Shown piece by piece: positions 13,026-14,632 of a DNA stretch of 14,632 nt. This stretch comes from Candidatus Hermodarchaeota archaeon (lineage in GTDB: Archaea > Asgardarchaeota > Hermodarchaeia > Hermodarchaeales > Hermodarchaeaceae): assembly GCA_016840065.1 (NCBI GenBank), contig JAEOTB010000087.1:1-14632 (forward strand). Reading direction: 5' to 3'. The translations under genes were made by a program, and so were the position numbers. Position 1 is the stretch's first letter. Each line of letters starts with the position of its first letter. The notes below the pieces were generated by a model, which did not search any database, was not told the origin of the DNA, and worked only from the letters and a program-made list of their open reading frames with translations.

Positions 13026-14351
13026 ATGGATGAGCAGCAAGAGGCGATTATCGCGAAGGTGAAACAGCACAAGATTGATTTTATCGACCTGATGTTCTCA
13101 GATCTCTACGGGCATTCAAAGAGTGTCACGATTTCCCCCCGAGAGCTTCCTGATTCCCTTGAGGTGGGCAAATGGTTCGATGGGTCTTCAATTGAAGGAT
13201 TCACGAGGATCCATGAGAGCGATATGTTGCTCATACCTGATCCTTCAACCTTCATCGAGTTGCCTTGGCTACGTGATGGTCGCAAGGCAGCACGTATAAT
13301 ATGTGACATCTTTGAGCCAGGAAGAATACTCTTTGAAGGCGCACCACGTTCCGTGCTTCGGCGGGTATTGAAGCGTGCAGAGGAGCAGGGATGGATCTAT
13401 AATACTGGTCCTGAACTTGAGTTCTTCCTGTTTGGTTCCAAGGATAATCCCTCTTTTAGTGACCGAGCAGGTTACTTCGATTTCTCACCCCAAGATTTCG
13501 CTACTGAAATCCGTGCTGTTATCGCCTCGGCCCTAGAAGGATTGGGGGTTAGAGTTGAAATGTCGCATCATGAATGTGCTCCCAGCCAACATGAAATTGA
13601 TATTGAATATGGTCCAGCGCTGAGAAGTGCTGATAATATCTTGGTTTCAAAACAGGCAATCAAGACCGTTGCCAGTAGTAAGGATTTGCATGCGACATTC
13701 ATGCCAAAGCCAAAGTTTGGTATCGCCGGGAGTGGTATGCATGTTCACCAGTCTTTCTTCAACAAGGATGGTGTCAATCTTTTCCATGATAAGGAAGACA
13801 ATTACCACCTCTCAGAGATAGCCTACCAGTTCATGGCGGGTCAGCTCAAATACGTTAGGGAAATGGCGGCAATCCTAAACCCCACCATTAACAGCTACAA
13901 GCGTTTGGTTCGGGGTTTTGAGGCACCAGTTTATGTCTGTTGGGCGCAGCGCAATCGCTCAGCACTAATTCGGGTACCTAGGTATAGTAAGGGGCGAGAA
14001 AAAGCTACAAGATTAGAACTACGGTGTCCCGATCCATCCTGTAACCCATATCTTGCCTTTGCAGTGATGCTGGCTGCTGGTTTACAAGGAATCACGGAGA
14101 AGCTGAAACCACCAAAACCTGTTGAAGAAGATGTGTACGAGTTTGATGACAGCAAACTTGCTCGATTCTATATCAAGACGCTACCCTCAGACTTGGGTGA
14201 AGCCTTAGGAGAATTTGAGAAGAGTAAATTCATGAAGGAAACGTTGGGTAGCCATGTTTTCACTAAATACCTTGAATTGAAAAAGGCAGAGTGGAAAACC
14301 TTCCAGCGAAGTATAACCGACTGGGAGCTCGAACGCTATATGGACTTGTAG
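13026..14351 (+). CDS. glnA: Glutamine synthetase type I (GSI-alpha-like)
   Basis: Motifs FDGSSIEGF, ESDM, GPELEFF, HHECAPSQHEI, TFMPKP, GSGMHVHQS, NSYKRLV, NRSALIRVP, RLELRCPDPSCNPYL. AGGTG RBS at 13014-13018. Start is ATG 13026 or TTG 13023. Confidence 0.97.
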   Translation: MDEQQEAIIAKVKQHKIDFIDLMFSDLYGHSKSVTISPRELPDSLEVGKWFDGSSIEGFTRIHESDMLLIPDPSTFIELPWLRDGRKAARIICDIFEPGRILFEGAPRSVLRRVLKRAEEQGWIYNTGPELEFFLFGSKDNPSFSDRAGYFDFSPQDFATEIRAVIASALEGLGVRVEMSHHECAPSQHEIDIEYGPALRSADNILVSKQAIKTVASSKDLHATFMPKPKFGIAGSGMHVHQSFFNKDGVNLFHDKEDNYHLSEIAYQFMAGQLKYVREMAAILNPTINSYKRLVRGFEAPVYVCWAQRNRSALIRVPRYSKGREKATRLELRCPDPSCNPYLAFAVMLAAGLQGITEKLKPPKPVEEDVYEFDDSKLARFYIKTLPSDLGEALGEFEKSKFMKETLGSHVFTKYLELKKAEWKTFQRSITDWELERYMDL

Positions 14352-14386
14352 CTTCATTCAGACCTCTATCACTTAAGAAAAATCTT

Positions 14387-14632
14387 CTAGGTTATTGTCT
14401 CTAGGATGGATACGAGCTTGTGGTATTTAGGCTCTTCTAGAATCATTGTTTTAACCCTGCTTTCAAGAGACAGTTCAACGGCCTGACGGAGCTGCTGAGT
14501 GGCTTCATCATCTTTACCTAACTCGATGAGCGCCCAGGCAAAATTAACAAAGACAGTGGGCGGAGCTTCAGGCATGGCTGCCGCTCGGGAGTAACACTCC
14601 TCGCCTTCTTTCCAGCGCTCTAGAAGGAGGTA
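14387..14632 (-). CDS. Tetratricopeptide-repeat protein, C-terminal part; 5' end outside the window
   Basis: Frame is open to the window edge: YLLLERWKEGEECYSRAAAMPEAPPTVFVNFAWALIELGKDDEATQQLRQAVEL..., a TPR-like helical pattern. Confidence 0.75.
   Translation of the reverse strand, partial: YLLLERWKEGEECYSRAAAMPEAPPTVFVNFAWALIELGKDDEATQQLRQAVELSLESRVKTMILEEPKYHKLVSILETIT

Noticed and set aside
88-14155. Numerous short antisense or alternate-frame ORFs in the track (e.g. 2536-2916, 5242-5589, 12395-12766)
   Set aside because: They lie within well-supported genes and show no recognisable motifs or ribosome-binding sites; treated as shadow ORFs.
1-14632. CRISPR array, rRNA or tRNA
   Set aside because: No regularly spaced repeats or RNA gene signatures; the intergenic spaces are short.

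Overview
Gene-dense archaeal chromosomal window, most likely from an Asgard-type archaeon. This is an inference from AGGTGA/GGAGG ribosome sites mixed with TATA-led leaderless genes, an archaeal-type asparagine synthetase, Lrp regulators and a RING-finger protein. Most genes serve peptide and amino-acid/nitrogen metabolism: M32 carboxypeptidase (3' part), DUF362 protein, Lrp divergent from ilvE plus an ECF S-component, kynureninase, DUF3795 protein, Lrp divergent from asnA-glnA, and a TPR protein (3' part). Five items stand out. (1) A membrane-anchored protein fusing a degenerate HEPN-like domain to a C-terminal RING finger, i.e. a candidate transmembrane E3 ligase. (2) A two-gene operon of membrane proteins resembling the non-catalytic N-terminal regions of VirB4/coupling-protein-type ATPases but lacking any ATPase domain. 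(3) A 47-aa, very basic CPxCG zinc-finger microprotein missed by the ORF track. (4) A eukaryote-type kynureninase with altered specificity residues. (5) Clear palindromic operator candidates. No rRNA, tRNA, CRISPR array or transposase was seen. All family calls come from motif recognition by eye, not from database searches.
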